Positions 8,482 through 17,852 of a DNA stretch of 64,000 nucleotides are shown here, piece after piece. The stretch lies in NCBI GenBank assembly GCA_951812335.1, contig OX638293.1:2523175-2587174 (forward strand), given 5' to 3'. The notes under the pieces were generated by a model, which worked only from the letters and a program-made list of their open reading frames with translations, ran no database searches and had not been told where the DNA came from. Origin of the DNA: Rhodothermales bacterium. Its GTDB lineage: Bacteria > Bacteroidota > Rhodothermia > Rhodothermales > VXPQ01. The translations under genes and the position numbers were made by a program. Each line of letters begins with the position of its first letter. Within the stretch, counting starts at the first letter, position 1.

Positions 8482-10176
8482 ATGGCTGCGCCTTATAGAG
8501 AAATTATCAAGGATATACGGCTCGCATTTCCCCAGCCGACTTCTGACCGGATTCACGACTCGTATCTCGTGCACTCGTTCATGAATGCGCTGAATCAGGT
8601 GGATGCCCTAAAAATGCACTTGCCGATGCTCGGCCCCGTCGTCGAACCTGACTACGAGCAGGCAAGACACGCCGAGTTACCCCAGGACATGTCCTCGGTG
8701 GAAGAGGTCGCATCCGAACTCGTAAGCTACCTGCGGGGAATGACGGTCGTCGGACATCCGCGGACACAGCAGAACGTCATTTGCCCGCCCTCCATTCCCA
8801 GCGTGATCGGGGTATTGCTCGCCGCCCTGCACAACCCGAACCTGGGGTGGGACGAACACAGCCGGCTCTTTGCGCTGGCCGAGATCGAAGCCACCGGCAT
8901 TACTGCCGGACTGATCGGCTATGATCAGAAAGAGGCCGCCGGCGTGTTCACGTTCGGGGGCACCGGCACTTCGCTGTACGGAATCCGGATCGGCCTGGAA
9001 AAGGCCTGCCCGGGAACCTTGCGCCACGGATTGTCCGAAGAGGCTGTGGTGTTTGTGGCGGACACAGGCCATTACTGCGCGTACAGCATTGCAGGATGGG
9101 TCGGCATAGGCTCGGATCAGGTGGTTTCTATTCCCACCACGCCCGAAAACGAAATCGACCTGAACCTGCTCGAAGAGGCAGCGCGCACGGCGCTGCAGGA
9201 CGGCAAAAAGATCGCGGCCTTCATTGCGACGATGGGCAGCACCGACGCCTTCGGCGTGGACGACCTGCAGGCTATTGTCGCGCTTCGGGACAGGCTGGTC
9301 GAGGAATTCGATCTCCCCTACCGCCCGCATGTGCACGCCGATGCCGTGATCGGGTGGGCCTGGTCGGTCTTCAACGACTACGATTTCGAGAAGAACGAGC
9401 TGGGCTTCCGGCCCCGCACCCTGCGGGCGCTCGCAGGCGCATGCCGGCGGATACGCCATCTGCCGCTCGCCGACTCCGTGGGCGTGGATTTCCACAAGAC
9501 CGGTTTTACGCCCTACATATCCAGCCTCGTGCTCGTCAAGGACTACAAAGACCTCCGGTTGCTGAAACGCGACCGGGAGCAGATGCCGTATCTCTACCAA
9601 TTCGGGAAATACAAGCCGGGGATGTATACGCTGGAGACGTCCCGGGCGGCGACGGGTCCCATGGCGGCGCTCGCCAATTACCGCTTGCTCGGCGTGCAGG
9701 GCATACGCGTCCTGATAGGGCATCTCGTGGAAATGGCCCAACTCCTGCGGGAGCATCTCGAAGGGCACGAAGGCATTATCGTGCTGAACCGGGATAATTA
9801 CGGACCGGTCACGCTGTTCCGGGTATACCCTCCCGGTAAGGAGGCGTTTGCGACCTTCACGAACAGGCGGAAGGAATTCACGGACCCCGCCTGCCGGGAC
9901 GCCCTGCTCGCATACAACGACTACAACCGGAAGGTCTCGGCGTATGTGCACGAGGAGGCCATGGCGGGCCGGGGCGTGTTGCTTTCCCTGACGGATTGCT
10001 ACCGGCACACCATCTACGGGGAACCCGTCGTGGCCCTGAAATCCTATATCATGTCCCCGTTCGTAGACCGGGAGAACCTCGAAATCATCGTGGAGAAAGT
10101 GCTGGAAGCGCGGGAGCGGTTGAGGAAAGACACGGTGTCCAGAAAGGACCGAAAGATTCTGCACTGGTTTGCTTAG
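8482..10176 (+). CDS. pyridoxal-phosphate-dependent decarboxylase (group II fold)
   Basis: 564-aa ORF with HADAVIGW and the PLP-lysine block VGVDFHKTGF. Confidence 0.75.
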   Translation: MAAPYREIIKDIRLAFPQPTSDRIHDSYLVHSFMNALNQVDALKMHLPMLGPVVEPDYEQARHAELPQDMSSVEEVASELVSYLRGMTVVGHPRTQQNVICPPSIPSVIGVLLAALHNPNLGWDEHSRLFALAEIEATGITAGLIGYDQKEAAGVFTFGGTGTSLYGIRIGLEKACPGTLRHGLSEEAVVFVADTGHYCAYSIAGWVGIGSDQVVSIPTTPENEIDLNLLEEAARTALQDGKKIAAFIATMGSTDAFGVDDLQAIVALRDRLVEEFDLPYRPHVHADAVIGWAWSVFNDYDFEKNELGFRPRTLRALAGACRRIRHLPLADSVGVDFHKTGFTPYISSLVLVKDYKDLRLLKRDREQMPYLYQFGKYKPGMYTLETSRAATGPMAALANYRLLGVQGIRVLIGHLVEMAQLLREHLEGHEGIIVLNRDNYGPVTLFRVYPPGKEAFATFTNRRKEFTDPACRDALLAYNDYNRKVSAYVHEEAMAGRGVLLSLTDCYRHTIYGEPVVALKSYIMSPFVDRENLEIIVEKVLEARERLRKDTVSRKDRKILHWFA

Positions 10177-10382
10177 TGAGGGGGAATAATGGCGGGAGCA
10201 GCCTGACAGTTTCAGGGAAGATTGGTGGAGTAGCAGCCCGAAACGGCCTTGCTTGCGCGCCGTTTGACATTCAGGCTGATTCTCACGATATTTTTGCTTC
10301 CATAAACTGTATTCGCCAAACATCCGACTCAGCATTGATCTGGACTACCGTCTCGAAAATCAGAAACATCGGAGGAACCAGG

Positions 10383-11327
10383 ATGCCCCGACGCAATTCT
10401 CCGGCGACACTCTGCATCGCCGCAACGCTTCTTATGTCGACCGCTTGCAGCGCCCAGGATTTCGTCTACCGGCTTGACCCGGAACCCGGAGTCCGCTACA
10501 AGGGCGCAATGACGATGGAGACTCGGTCGCAAACTCGAACACAGGGCATGGACATCGAAATGATAATGACCGTGCATATGGACCACGATGTGGTGTTCGA
10601 GGCGGTCGCCGACGACACAGTGATCGTGCGGTACACCACTACGGCCGCGTCGGCGGAGATGGGCGGAATGCCCGGCCTGGACCAGGCCCCGTTCGACCTG
10701 AACGATCTCTATCAGGGGATGGTCGGGGTGACGTTCACAATGGTGATGACCCGTGACGGCGAGATGGTCGAATTCGACGGACTCGACTCGATGATGGAGG
10801 CAATGCTGGATCGGATGGACGCACCGGACGAGATTCGCGCCATGACAAGCCTGTTCCTCGAGGAGAACTTCGGCGAAGAGCAGATGAAACAGATGATCGG
10901 GCAGGACGGTCTCTCGATGCCCGATCATCCGGTGGCAATCGGAGACACTTGGACGAACTCGGTGAGCGCGCTCGGAATCGAGTTCGGAACGACATACACG
11001 CTGGCTGACCGCAGCGACGGTTCGGCGACCATCGAAGCTGCGGGAACCCTGTCCGACTCGGATAACGCCGGGTTCAATCTACCGGGTGCTCCGAACATGC
11101 CCGGCGTCGAGATGAAATTCGAGAACCTGTCGGGTGCGCTTGAAAGCTCGTACGAACTAGACGAGGCAACCGGATTGACCGTCGCCTACAACACGAACAT
11201 GACCATGAATACCGACATGGTCATGGAAATGCCGCAGGTGGACGGTCAGTCGATCGACGCCCCCTCAATGTCTATGTCCATTTCAACGGAAACAACGACA
11301 TCGGGTACGCTCAGCAGAGCGCCGTAG
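10383..11327 (+). CDS. methionine-rich lipoprotein, unknown function
   Basis: The ATG at 10383 gives MPRRNSPATLCIAATLLMSTAC (lipobox-like). The mature part is unusually Met-rich (for example MTMETRSQTRTQGMDIEMIMTVHM, NMTMNTDMVMEM). The ORF-track frame opens earlier, at 9996. Confidence 0.6.
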   Translation: MPRRNSPATLCIAATLLMSTACSAQDFVYRLDPEPGVRYKGAMTMETRSQTRTQGMDIEMIMTVHMDHDVVFEAVADDTVIVRYTTTAASAEMGGMPGLDQAPFDLNDLYQGMVGVTFTMVMTRDGEMVEFDGLDSMMEAMLDRMDAPDEIRAMTSLFLEENFGEEQMKQMIGQDGLSMPDHPVAIGDTWTNSVSALGIEFGTTYTLADRSDGSATIEAAGTLSDSDNAGFNLPGAPNMPGVEMKFENLSGALESSYELDEATGLTVAYNTNMTMNTDMVMEMPQVDGQSIDAPSMSMSISTETTTSGTLSRAP

Positions 11328-11360
11328 CTCGCTCCTGCGCGCTATACGGAATCCGCCCCC

Positions 11361-12422
11361 TCACCCCTCCCCAAACGCCCCGCTGTCTATCATCTGCTGA
11401 AAGAAGTCCGTCATGGACTCTTTCAGCGGCCGGTACGTCATACCCAGAGCGCGTTTGCTCTTGGAATTGTCGGCTATCCAAGGGAGGCCCATGTTCCGGG
11501 ACACCATTTTGCGGGTAATGTCTTTGTTGACCATGGGCGCCATGAGCCAGATCAACCACTTGGGCATGGCCCGCCGCGGAATCGGATAGTCTTTGCCATA
11601 TTTGTCGATCAGCGTTCCGGCCATCTCCGTGAAGGTCGTATTGTGGCCTGATACGATGTGACGCCCCTCGGCGTCGGGCAGGTAGGCGGCGGCGATATGC
11701 GCCCGGGACAGATCGCGCACATCGACCGCTCCGAGATGCATATCCGGGACCCCCATTTTATAGGTGCCGTCCCCAAACTGACGGACCAGATCGAAACTCG
11801 CGGAGGTGCCATGGGGACTGATTCCCGGTCCCAGCACCAGCGAGGGATTGATGACGACCAGTCTCCACCGGGCCTGCGCCCCGACGATCTTCCACGCCTC
11901 TTTCTCGGCAACCGTTTTCGAGAAGGAATACGGCTGGTGGACAATACTTGAGGTGGTATTCCATATCTCTTCCGTGAAGACTCCGTTGGGCGTTTGGGCC
12001 AGATCGGCACTGTCGCCGTATATCGCGACGCAACTGCTGGTAAGCACCACACGCTGCACGCTGGACGTGCGGTTGGCTTCTTCCAGTACGTTCCGGGTGC
12101 CGAGTAGCGCTGGGTCGATCAGTTCTTTCTGGGGATCCGCAACCCCGAGCCGGAAAGGCGAGGCGGTGTGGAAGACAATCGAACAGCCGGCCATCGCGTC
12201 CGCGTAAGACCCCTCGCTGAGCAGATCCGCCTTGAAGTATTTGATCGTACCCGGCGTGCTTTCTGCAATCCTGTTCAGGTAGTGCAGTTTGTCCGCATTG
12301 CCCGGATCCCGCACCGGCGCATGCACGGTCACGCCCGCTTCAAGAAGATATTTGACAATCCATCCGGCCACATATCCGGTGGCGCCGGTGACCATGACCG
12401 GGGAAGATGCGTCGATTTGCAT
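11361..12422 (-). CDS. NAD-dependent epimerase/dehydratase family (extended SDR, aldehyde/flavonol-reductase-like)
   Basis: VTGATGYVAG glycine motif and the catalytic YSFSK (YxxxK). Confidence 0.8.
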   Translation of the reverse strand: MQIDASSPVMVTGATGYVAGWIVKYLLEAGVTVHAPVRDPGNADKLHYLNRIAESTPGTIKYFKADLLSEGSYADAMAGCSIVFHTASPFRLGVADPQKELIDPALLGTRNVLEEANRTSSVQRVVLTSSCVAIYGDSADLAQTPNGVFTEEIWNTTSSIVHQPYSFSKTVAEKEAWKIVGAQARWRLVVINPSLVLGPGISPHGTSASFDLVRQFGDGTYKMGVPDMHLGAVDVRDLSRAHIAAAYLPDAEGRHIVSGHNTTFTEMAGTLIDKYGKDYPIPRRAMPKWLIWLMAPMVNKDITRKMVSRNMGLPWIADNSKSKRALGMTYRPLKESMTDFFQQMIDSGAFGEG

Positions 12423-12645
12423 GAGTTTTTTTGAAGGGTTGAAGGACGTTTGGAAGTCGGATCAAAGATAGAGCAAAACCCCGAATTGAACCCGTGCCCT
12501 GGGGTTGGGAAAATCCACTTTGGTGAAATGCACAGCGGCAAAAAATGTATGCCATTCTGTCACACTTTTCGCATCGGCACGGCATTTGATAAACAGGAAG
12601 GCAACATTCACGCAACCAACCCACCATCCCTTTGGGAGGTACATC

Positions 12646-13122
12646 ATGAATAGCCTCGTACGCTTTACGCCGGTCAGCGGGTTGCACACTATGCAGCACG
12701 AGATCGACCGGCTCTTTCATAACTTTTTCCCCGCGAGAAGCCTCGGAAACATCTGCACCGACACGGACTGCTGCTCCCCGGACGGGAATGCGGTCAACTG
12801 GTCCCCCCGCGTGGACATCGCCGAATCGGAGCAGGAATACGTCCTGCATGCGGACGCGCCCGGCATGACCAGGGACGAGTTCGACATCCACTGGCAGGAG
12901 AACGTGCTGACCGTGCGCGGCGAACGGGAGATTCCCGCCCTCGATGAGAGCGAGAAGTCGGTGCGCGCCGACAGGGTCCGCGGAAAGTTCGGGTTCTCGT
13001 ACCGCCTGCCGAAGGCGACCAGCGACGGGGGGCGCATTGCGGCTTCCTACGAAGCCGGAGTGCTCACCATCCGCATTCCGAAGGAGGAAGCCGCCCGTCC
13101 GCACCGCATCGCGGTTTCGTAG
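12646..13122 (+). CDS. Hsp20/alpha-crystallin small heat-shock protein
   Basis: The ATG at 12646 is preceded by GGGAGG. Alpha-crystallin domain with the C-terminal YEAGVLTIRIPK block. Confidence 0.85.
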   Translation: MNSLVRFTPVSGLHTMQHEIDRLFHNFFPARSLGNICTDTDCCSPDGNAVNWSPRVDIAESEQEYVLHADAPGMTRDEFDIHWQENVLTVRGEREIPALDESEKSVRADRVRGKFGFSYRLPKATSDGGRIAASYEAGVLTIRIPKEEAARPHRIAVS

Positions 13123-13170
13123 CGCGGATCACTCATAACCGAGCGGCTCCTGCCGGTCGAAGCCATGCAT

Positions 13171-13201
13171 AAGCCCGCGCGGGAATGCCCCGTGCGGGCT
13201 T
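13171..13201 (+). terminator. hairpin downstream of hsp20 (possible intrinsic terminator)
   Basis: AAGCCCGC...GCGGGCTT 8-bp arms with an inner CGGG/CCCG pairing. It is followed only by CTT, so the U-tract is weak. Confidence 0.35.
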
Positions 13202-13367
13202 CTTGCGTACGCACGCACAGGCATGGTTCACTGCACAGCAAAGAGATCGACTCGAACGAGCGGTGCACATGTACACGCGGCGCGCGGCGCTGGGCATCCT
13301 GGACAATGTCTTCGGACGAGAAGCAGCCCAAACCAACAGACCGCTTTAAAGATGTGGCGCTCCGGGG

Positions 13368-14282
13368 CTACCGGTCCGGATTGGGCAGCACCCGAAACCG
13401 TATGGAGGCGGTTGCGAAACTGCCGAACAGGCCGCGCCCGCCCTCCACATGATCGATCACATTAGGCACTTCGCCCGGCGCTAATGTCGAACCGCCGCCC
13501 TCGCCCCCCTGTTGCACCGCGTTCGAGCGCACAAAATCGAACACGTTGTCGTCGATCGCCTGAATCCGCATCTCGTTGAGCCCATAAAAAGTCAGACCGA
13601 TCCACGGATAGCGGATGTGCATTCCGCCGCTCGGCGTCCGGTCGAAATTCTCGCCGTTCAGAGGCGGCGACACGTTCTCGCGAAGCGTAAAAATATCCTC
13701 GTTGGTGACTTCGTAGAACGGGGTCAGATTCGTCGTATCGGGCTCGAGCGAAACCGTGGTGATCAGAAAAATGCTCTGACGGCCGGGATAAAAGGGCTCC
13801 GTAATTTCGAACAGGGGCGCTTCGCCCGTATCGTACACGAACGTTCGTTCTTCCCTGTCCACAAACCGGAAAAGGGCGGGCACCGTCGTTTCCGACGTGA
13901 TCGTTCCGGCTCCGGGAACGTCCACGACGAGGCGGTACGTCCGGAGCGGCAACACATCCACTACCTCCCGCGTGCGGTACCGTCCGGAAGCCGCGTCGGG
14001 GGCAAACAAGTCCCAGGACGCCTCGACGCCGTTGCCGTCGTTTTCAAGGAGTTCGATGCGCACCGCGGCGCCCGGCACAGCCTGAGCGGCAGGATCGTAG
14101 GTTTCGTTGACCGGAAGCGTCCGGCTCACGGTAACGTAGCCGACAGGTTGTCCGGCTTCGAGATAGCCCTCCACAACGATCTCTTCCTCGAACGCCGGCG
14201 GATCGACGGTATCGCAACCGGACAGCGCAGCCATAAAGACAGCCGCAGCAAGAACGGATATCCATGCAAAGGTCGGAGGCAT
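13368..14282 (-). CDS. DUF4249-like lipoprotein (partner of the upstream TonB-dependent receptor)
   Basis: The ATG at 14282 lies 1 nt after the receptor stop. N-terminus MPPTFAWISVLAAAVFMAALSGC (lipobox). This position and size are typical of DUF4249. Confidence 0.55.
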   Translation of the reverse strand: MPPTFAWISVLAAAVFMAALSGCDTVDPPAFEEEIVVEGYLEAGQPVGYVTVSRTLPVNETYDPAAQAVPGAAVRIELLENDGNGVEASWDLFAPDAASGRYRTREVVDVLPLRTYRLVVDVPGAGTITSETTVPALFRFVDREERTFVYDTGEAPLFEITEPFYPGRQSIFLITTVSLEPDTTNLTPFYEVTNEDIFTLRENVSPPLNGENFDRTPSGGMHIRYPWIGLTFYGLNEMRIQAIDDNVFDFVRSNAVQQGGEGGGSTLAPGEVPNVIDHVEGGRGLFGSFATASIRFRVLPNPDR

Positions 14283-14283
14283 G

Positions 14284-16548
14284 TCAGAAATCGAAGGTGA
14301 ACGAGATATTCGGCAGGGGCACGGGAATCTGCGGGATGTCGTTGCGTACGATATCCGCCGCATCGGTGAAATCGAAGAAATAAAACCAGATATTGCGCCG
14401 GTTGTAGGCGTTGAGCACCTGCGCTTGCAGTTCGAAACCCGCCCCGAACAATGTGGTGCGCCAGGAAACGCCGAGATCCAGCCGGTGATAGGCGGGCAGG
14501 CGGCGATTGTTGTATTCCGTAACCAGTACATTGGACCAGTCCGAATCGAACGGCGAATTCACGAGCCGATACTGTCCGAACGGTTCGGTGTAGGCCTGAC
14601 CGGTCGCATAGACCCAGACGGCGCTGGCCCGGAAAGCGCTCGATATTTCAAAATTGACGACCGTCTTCACGTCCAGCGTGCGATCGTATTTGGGCGGATA
14701 GAACCTGAAATCGTTGACGATCGGAAACCGTCGCCGGGTCCGGCTCAGCGTGCCGGCCACAAACCCGTTTACGCGCCCTTGCACGCGCTGCACCGTCGTT
14801 TCAAGGCCATAGGCGTGGCCGTCCCCGACACGAAACAATTCTGCATACGCCAGCCCCGCTACGTCCTGCACGAAAGGATCCCATTCGAAGAGATTCTCCA
14901 TCGTGCGGTAATAGGCCTCCACATCCAGATTGAAGCCAAGCGGCGAGATATGCTTCATGCCGATTACCGCCTGATTGCCGTGCGAAGGGCGTACCCCCTC
15001 TCCGGTGGCCAGCCAGGTGTCGAATCCCGGTAAAAGTTCGCTGGTTATGAGCGTAAGAAACTGGTAGTACCGCCCGTAGGCGGCCTGAAGCCGCAAGGCC
15101 GGCGTCGGCTCGTATTCGAACGACAGGCGGGGCGACGCCCGGAAAAACCCGCCTTCCTCGAAATAATTGCCCCGGATGCCGCCTTCGACCGTCATGCGGG
15201 GCGCCGGGCGCCAGCTGGCCTGCGCATACGCGGAGGTATACACGCTCCGGGTACGCCAATTGATCGCCGTTTCCTCGTTGAAATCCGTGCGAAAACGCAA
15301 GGTCAGAAATCCCGACCAGAAACCGGCCTTCGCGGACATATTCCCGCCGGGGATATATTCGAAGTCGCCCTTGACGGAAATATCGTCTACCGTGTTTTCG
15401 TTCTCGATAGGCGTGGCCGCCAGATTGATCGTCGGCGTGTTGAAATACCGGGATCCCGTGAACGTAAAGTTGGAAAAGAGTTCCTGCGAAAAAAGATGGG
15501 TCCAGTTCACGCTCAACGTCCTGTTCCCGTACCGGATACTCGCCAGTGCAGCATCCACGATTTCGATATCGAGCACATCCCGCCCGGCATAGAACGCAAG
15601 CGAAACGAAGTCTCTGTTCGACAGATCGAAATTGAATTTCCCGTTCACGTCCACAAAGTAAAACGCGTCCGGAATGCCCTCTGTCTCCGCCTTGCGCAAA
15701 AAGTACAATACCGGCTCGATGGTGGATCGCCGCATCGCCAGCATATAGGAACCGCGGCTCCACGGCCCCTCGACGATCGCCCGCGAAGAAAGCAAACCGA
15801 TGCTGAGGCCGGCGTCGAATTCGCGCCGGTTTCCGTCCCGGTTGTAGATATCGACCACCGAACCCAGACGCCCGCCGTACTCGGCAGGAAATCCACCCTT
15901 GTAGAGGCGTACGTCCTTGATGGCGTCCGGGTTGAATGTCGAAAATACGCCGAAGAAATGCGACGGGTTATAGATGGACGTACGGTCGAGCAGAATAAGC
16001 GTCTGGTCCGGACCGCCGCCCCGGATATAGAGACCGCTGGAATAATCCGAAGACGCCTTCACGCCGGGCAGCAGTTGCAGGGATCGGAATACGTCCGGCT
16101 GAAGAAGCGCCGGGAGCGACTTGATGAGCTGCGTCTGGAGTTGCTGTATGCCGACCTTGCGGGCTTCGTACAACTCCTCCCGCTCCCCGGTGACCGTGAT
16201 TTCCTCGATAGCTTGCTCTTCCGGAAGCAGTTCGACATCCAGCCGGCGCTGCTCGCCGGGGGCCAGTTCGACTTCGACGCGTTCCGTGCGATACCCGATG
16301 TAGGACACTGAAACCGTCAAGGCGCCCGGCGGAATGTTCGCTACCGTGTAGTACCCCGAGTTGTTGGTGGCCGCGCCGATCGACGTGCCCTCCACCCGCA
16401 CATTCGCCAATAGCAGGGTTTCCCCGGAAGTGGCGTCGCGGACATATCCGCTGAGCGAGGCGCTATCCCGGACGGTATCCTGAGCGAGCGTCGCTCCTGC
16501 AATCGCAATGGACAGAAGCACCTGCAAGAGACAATACGAAATGCGCAT
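14284..16548 (-). CDS. TonB-dependent receptor with N-terminal carboxypeptidase-regulatory-like domain
   Basis: Signal peptide MRISYCLLQVLLSIAIAGATLAQD, a CarboxypepD_reg-like segment (SGYVRDATSGETLLLANVRVEG...YYTVANIPPG), a plug plus barrel, and a terminal ...NISFTFDF. Confidence 0.85.
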   Translation of the reverse strand: MRISYCLLQVLLSIAIAGATLAQDTVRDSASLSGYVRDATSGETLLLANVRVEGTSIGAATNNSGYYTVANIPPGALTVSVSYIGYRTERVEVELAPGEQRRLDVELLPEEQAIEEITVTGEREELYEARKVGIQQLQTQLIKSLPALLQPDVFRSLQLLPGVKASSDYSSGLYIRGGGPDQTLILLDRTSIYNPSHFFGVFSTFNPDAIKDVRLYKGGFPAEYGGRLGSVVDIYNRDGNRREFDAGLSIGLLSSRAIVEGPWSRGSYMLAMRRSTIEPVLYFLRKAETEGIPDAFYFVDVNGKFNFDLSNRDFVSLAFYAGRDVLDIEIVDAALASIRYGNRTLSVNWTHLFSQELFSNFTFTGSRYFNTPTINLAATPIENENTVDDISVKGDFEYIPGGNMSAKAGFWSGFLTLRFRTDFNEETAINWRTRSVYTSAYAQASWRPAPRMTVEGGIRGNYFEEGGFFRASPRLSFEYEPTPALRLQAAYGRYYQFLTLITSELLPGFDTWLATGEGVRPSHGNQAVIGMKHISPLGFNLDVEAYYRTMENLFEWDPFVQDVAGLAYAELFRVGDGHAYGLETTVQRVQGRVNGFVAGTLSRTRRRFPIVNDFRFYPPKYDRTLDVKTVVNFEISSAFRASAVWVYATGQAYTEPFGQYRLVNSPFDSDWSNVLVTEYNNRRLPAYHRLDLGVSWRTTLFGAGFELQAQVLNAYNRRNIWFYFFDFTDAADIVRNDIPQIPVPLPNISFTFDF

Positions 16549-16626
16549 GAACAGCGATCGCCTCAACGGCATGCCAGGGTGTAAGGATTGGGCATCTTGT
16601 TTTAGCACGGCGACGGGAAAGGTTCC

Positions 16627-16750
16627 GGGGGAAAGAAAGACGCGCTTCGAGCAGTTGGGGATCGTCCCATAAGGCTTGCGCCGCTTGAAAGCCCATGTCG
16701 CGTTTCTGGAGATTGCGCTTGCTTTCTCCGAGGTCGAATTCGAATTGCAT
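16627..16750 (-). pseudogene. BrnT (DUF497) toxin remnant, N-terminal about 40 codons only
   Basis: MQFEFDLGESKRNLQKRDMGFQAAQALWDDPQLLEA matches the BrnT N-terminus (M.FEWD..K...N..KHG..F.EA...F.DP). Similarity is lost afterwards, and no BrnA partner follows. Confidence 0.5.
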
Positions 16751-16784
16751 AACGATACAGGGGATTAAATGCGCCTTGAATACA

Positions 16785-16857
16785 CCATTTTGAGTAAAAA
16801 AAACCCAAAAAAAGGAGATAAATTGTTTAAAAAAGGAGTAATTTCTACTCAAAATGG
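16785..16857. repeat. 12-bp perfect inverted repeat flanking an A-rich spacer
   Basis: CCATTTTGAGTA (16785-16796) and TACTCAAAATGG (16846-16857). The 49-nt spacer carries two AAAAAAGGAG(A/T)AA direct repeats. It sits just upstream of the BrnT remnant on the minus strand. Confidence 0.8.
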
Positions 16858-17219
16858 ACAAAACGGAACATCGGGGACCCAAGCGAGCTCGCCAAACGTG
16901 CTGTCGCCGCGCACGGTGACGAGGGCTACCTTTGCCTCGAAGAATGGACTATGGGTTCTGTGTGTTCGTCTTGACATGGGTTTCGTCGGACTGATCGGCT
17001 GGAAACAAGGTCGCAACATTACACCTTCAATTTCCGCGGGAATCTGTCTGATCAACCTGAACCACTTATTGGCGAGGCAGGCTTGATCACGTCGGTAAGA
17101 CCGGCGAGCAATTCGTTGCTCAAAGGCGCGGCTATCGCCAGGAACCGTACGATGTTCATTCATCCGTATAAGTCCCAAAAAGAAAGGGGCTTGCGACAAC
17201 CACCTAAACCCGGAAGAAG

Positions 17220-17579
17220 ATGACCTACTTTATAGACAGCGGAAAAACAAACACATACACCATTACCCCCATTGACAGCCCAATCGAGTTTGACAAGGGA
17301 TCGGACAAGCCGTTTACGTTCAACGGATCAGCAGACGACGCTGTGAGGCAATGGTACTACCAGAACACCCAAGAGACTTATGACCGCCTCAACTGGGAAG
17401 AGGGGCACATGGCTGTCGTGAATGTCAAAATCGAGAACCCGGAACTGGGCATTATCGGCAACTTCCCCGCCAAGATTCTCCCCACATGGACAGGCGTGGA
17501 CATCTTGCCCGCAAGCAAGTCCACGCCCGTCGAGGATATGCTTGCCCAAGCCCGTTCCCTAACAAAAGAGAGAACATGA
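17220..17579 (+). CDS. orphan small protein A (119 aa), unknown function
   Basis: ATG preceded by GGAAGAAG. The stop TGA overlaps the next ATG (ATGA at 17576-17579). No family is recognisable to me, and G+C is lower than in the core genes. Confidence 0.5.
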   Translation: MTYFIDSGKTNTYTITPIDSPIEFDKGSDKPFTFNGSADDAVRQWYYQNTQETYDRLNWEEGHMAVVNVKIENPELGIIGNFPAKILPTWTGVDILPASKSTPVEDMLAQARSLTKERT

Positions 17580-17794
17580 AAGACATGCAATATATCGTGT
17601 ACGGCGCCGGGCGTGAGATAGCATGTACCGACAGCATGGATCGTGTGAATCGTGTCATAGACCACCACCTTTGGCTTTGCAAAAGAGACGAAGAGATGGG
17701 CCACAAGCGATTGGAAGAAGCGACGGCGGAGGGGGTGGTGCGAGCGATTTTTCGAGCCGCCAATCGCAAGGTGAAACCCGATTTGTCAAGTTAA
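17576..17794 (+). CDS. orphan small protein B (72 aa), unknown function
   Basis: Starts MKDMQYIVYGAGREIACTD at the ATG within the ATGA overlap with protein A. The ORF-track frame opens at 17486. Confidence 0.45.
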   Translation: MKDMQYIVYGAGREIACTDSMDRVNRVIDHHLWLCKRDEEMGHKRLEEATAEGVVRAIFRAANRKVKPDLSS

Positions 17795-17852
17795 ACGTAT
17801 AATTCCCAACCTACTCCCCTGAAGCGTAGCCAGATTGCGTGGCGCTGCACTG

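Noticed and set aside
12600-12648. Possible RNA thermometer or heat-shock promoter in front of hsp20
   Set aside because: Only a 3-bp CCC/GGG pairing can be drawn around the GGGAGG Shine-Dalgarno. There is no ROSE or fourU-like structure and no convincing sigma32-type CTTGAA-N-CCCCAT pair.
16849-17199. 116-aa minus-strand ORF in the islet (MSQAPFFLGLIRMNEHRTVPGDSRAFEQRIARRSYRRDQACLANKWF...)
   Set aside because: I could not match it to a transposase, integrase or TA family, and the other frames of the same stretch are equally unconvincing. It may be a gene remnant. I left it uncalled rather than invent a function.
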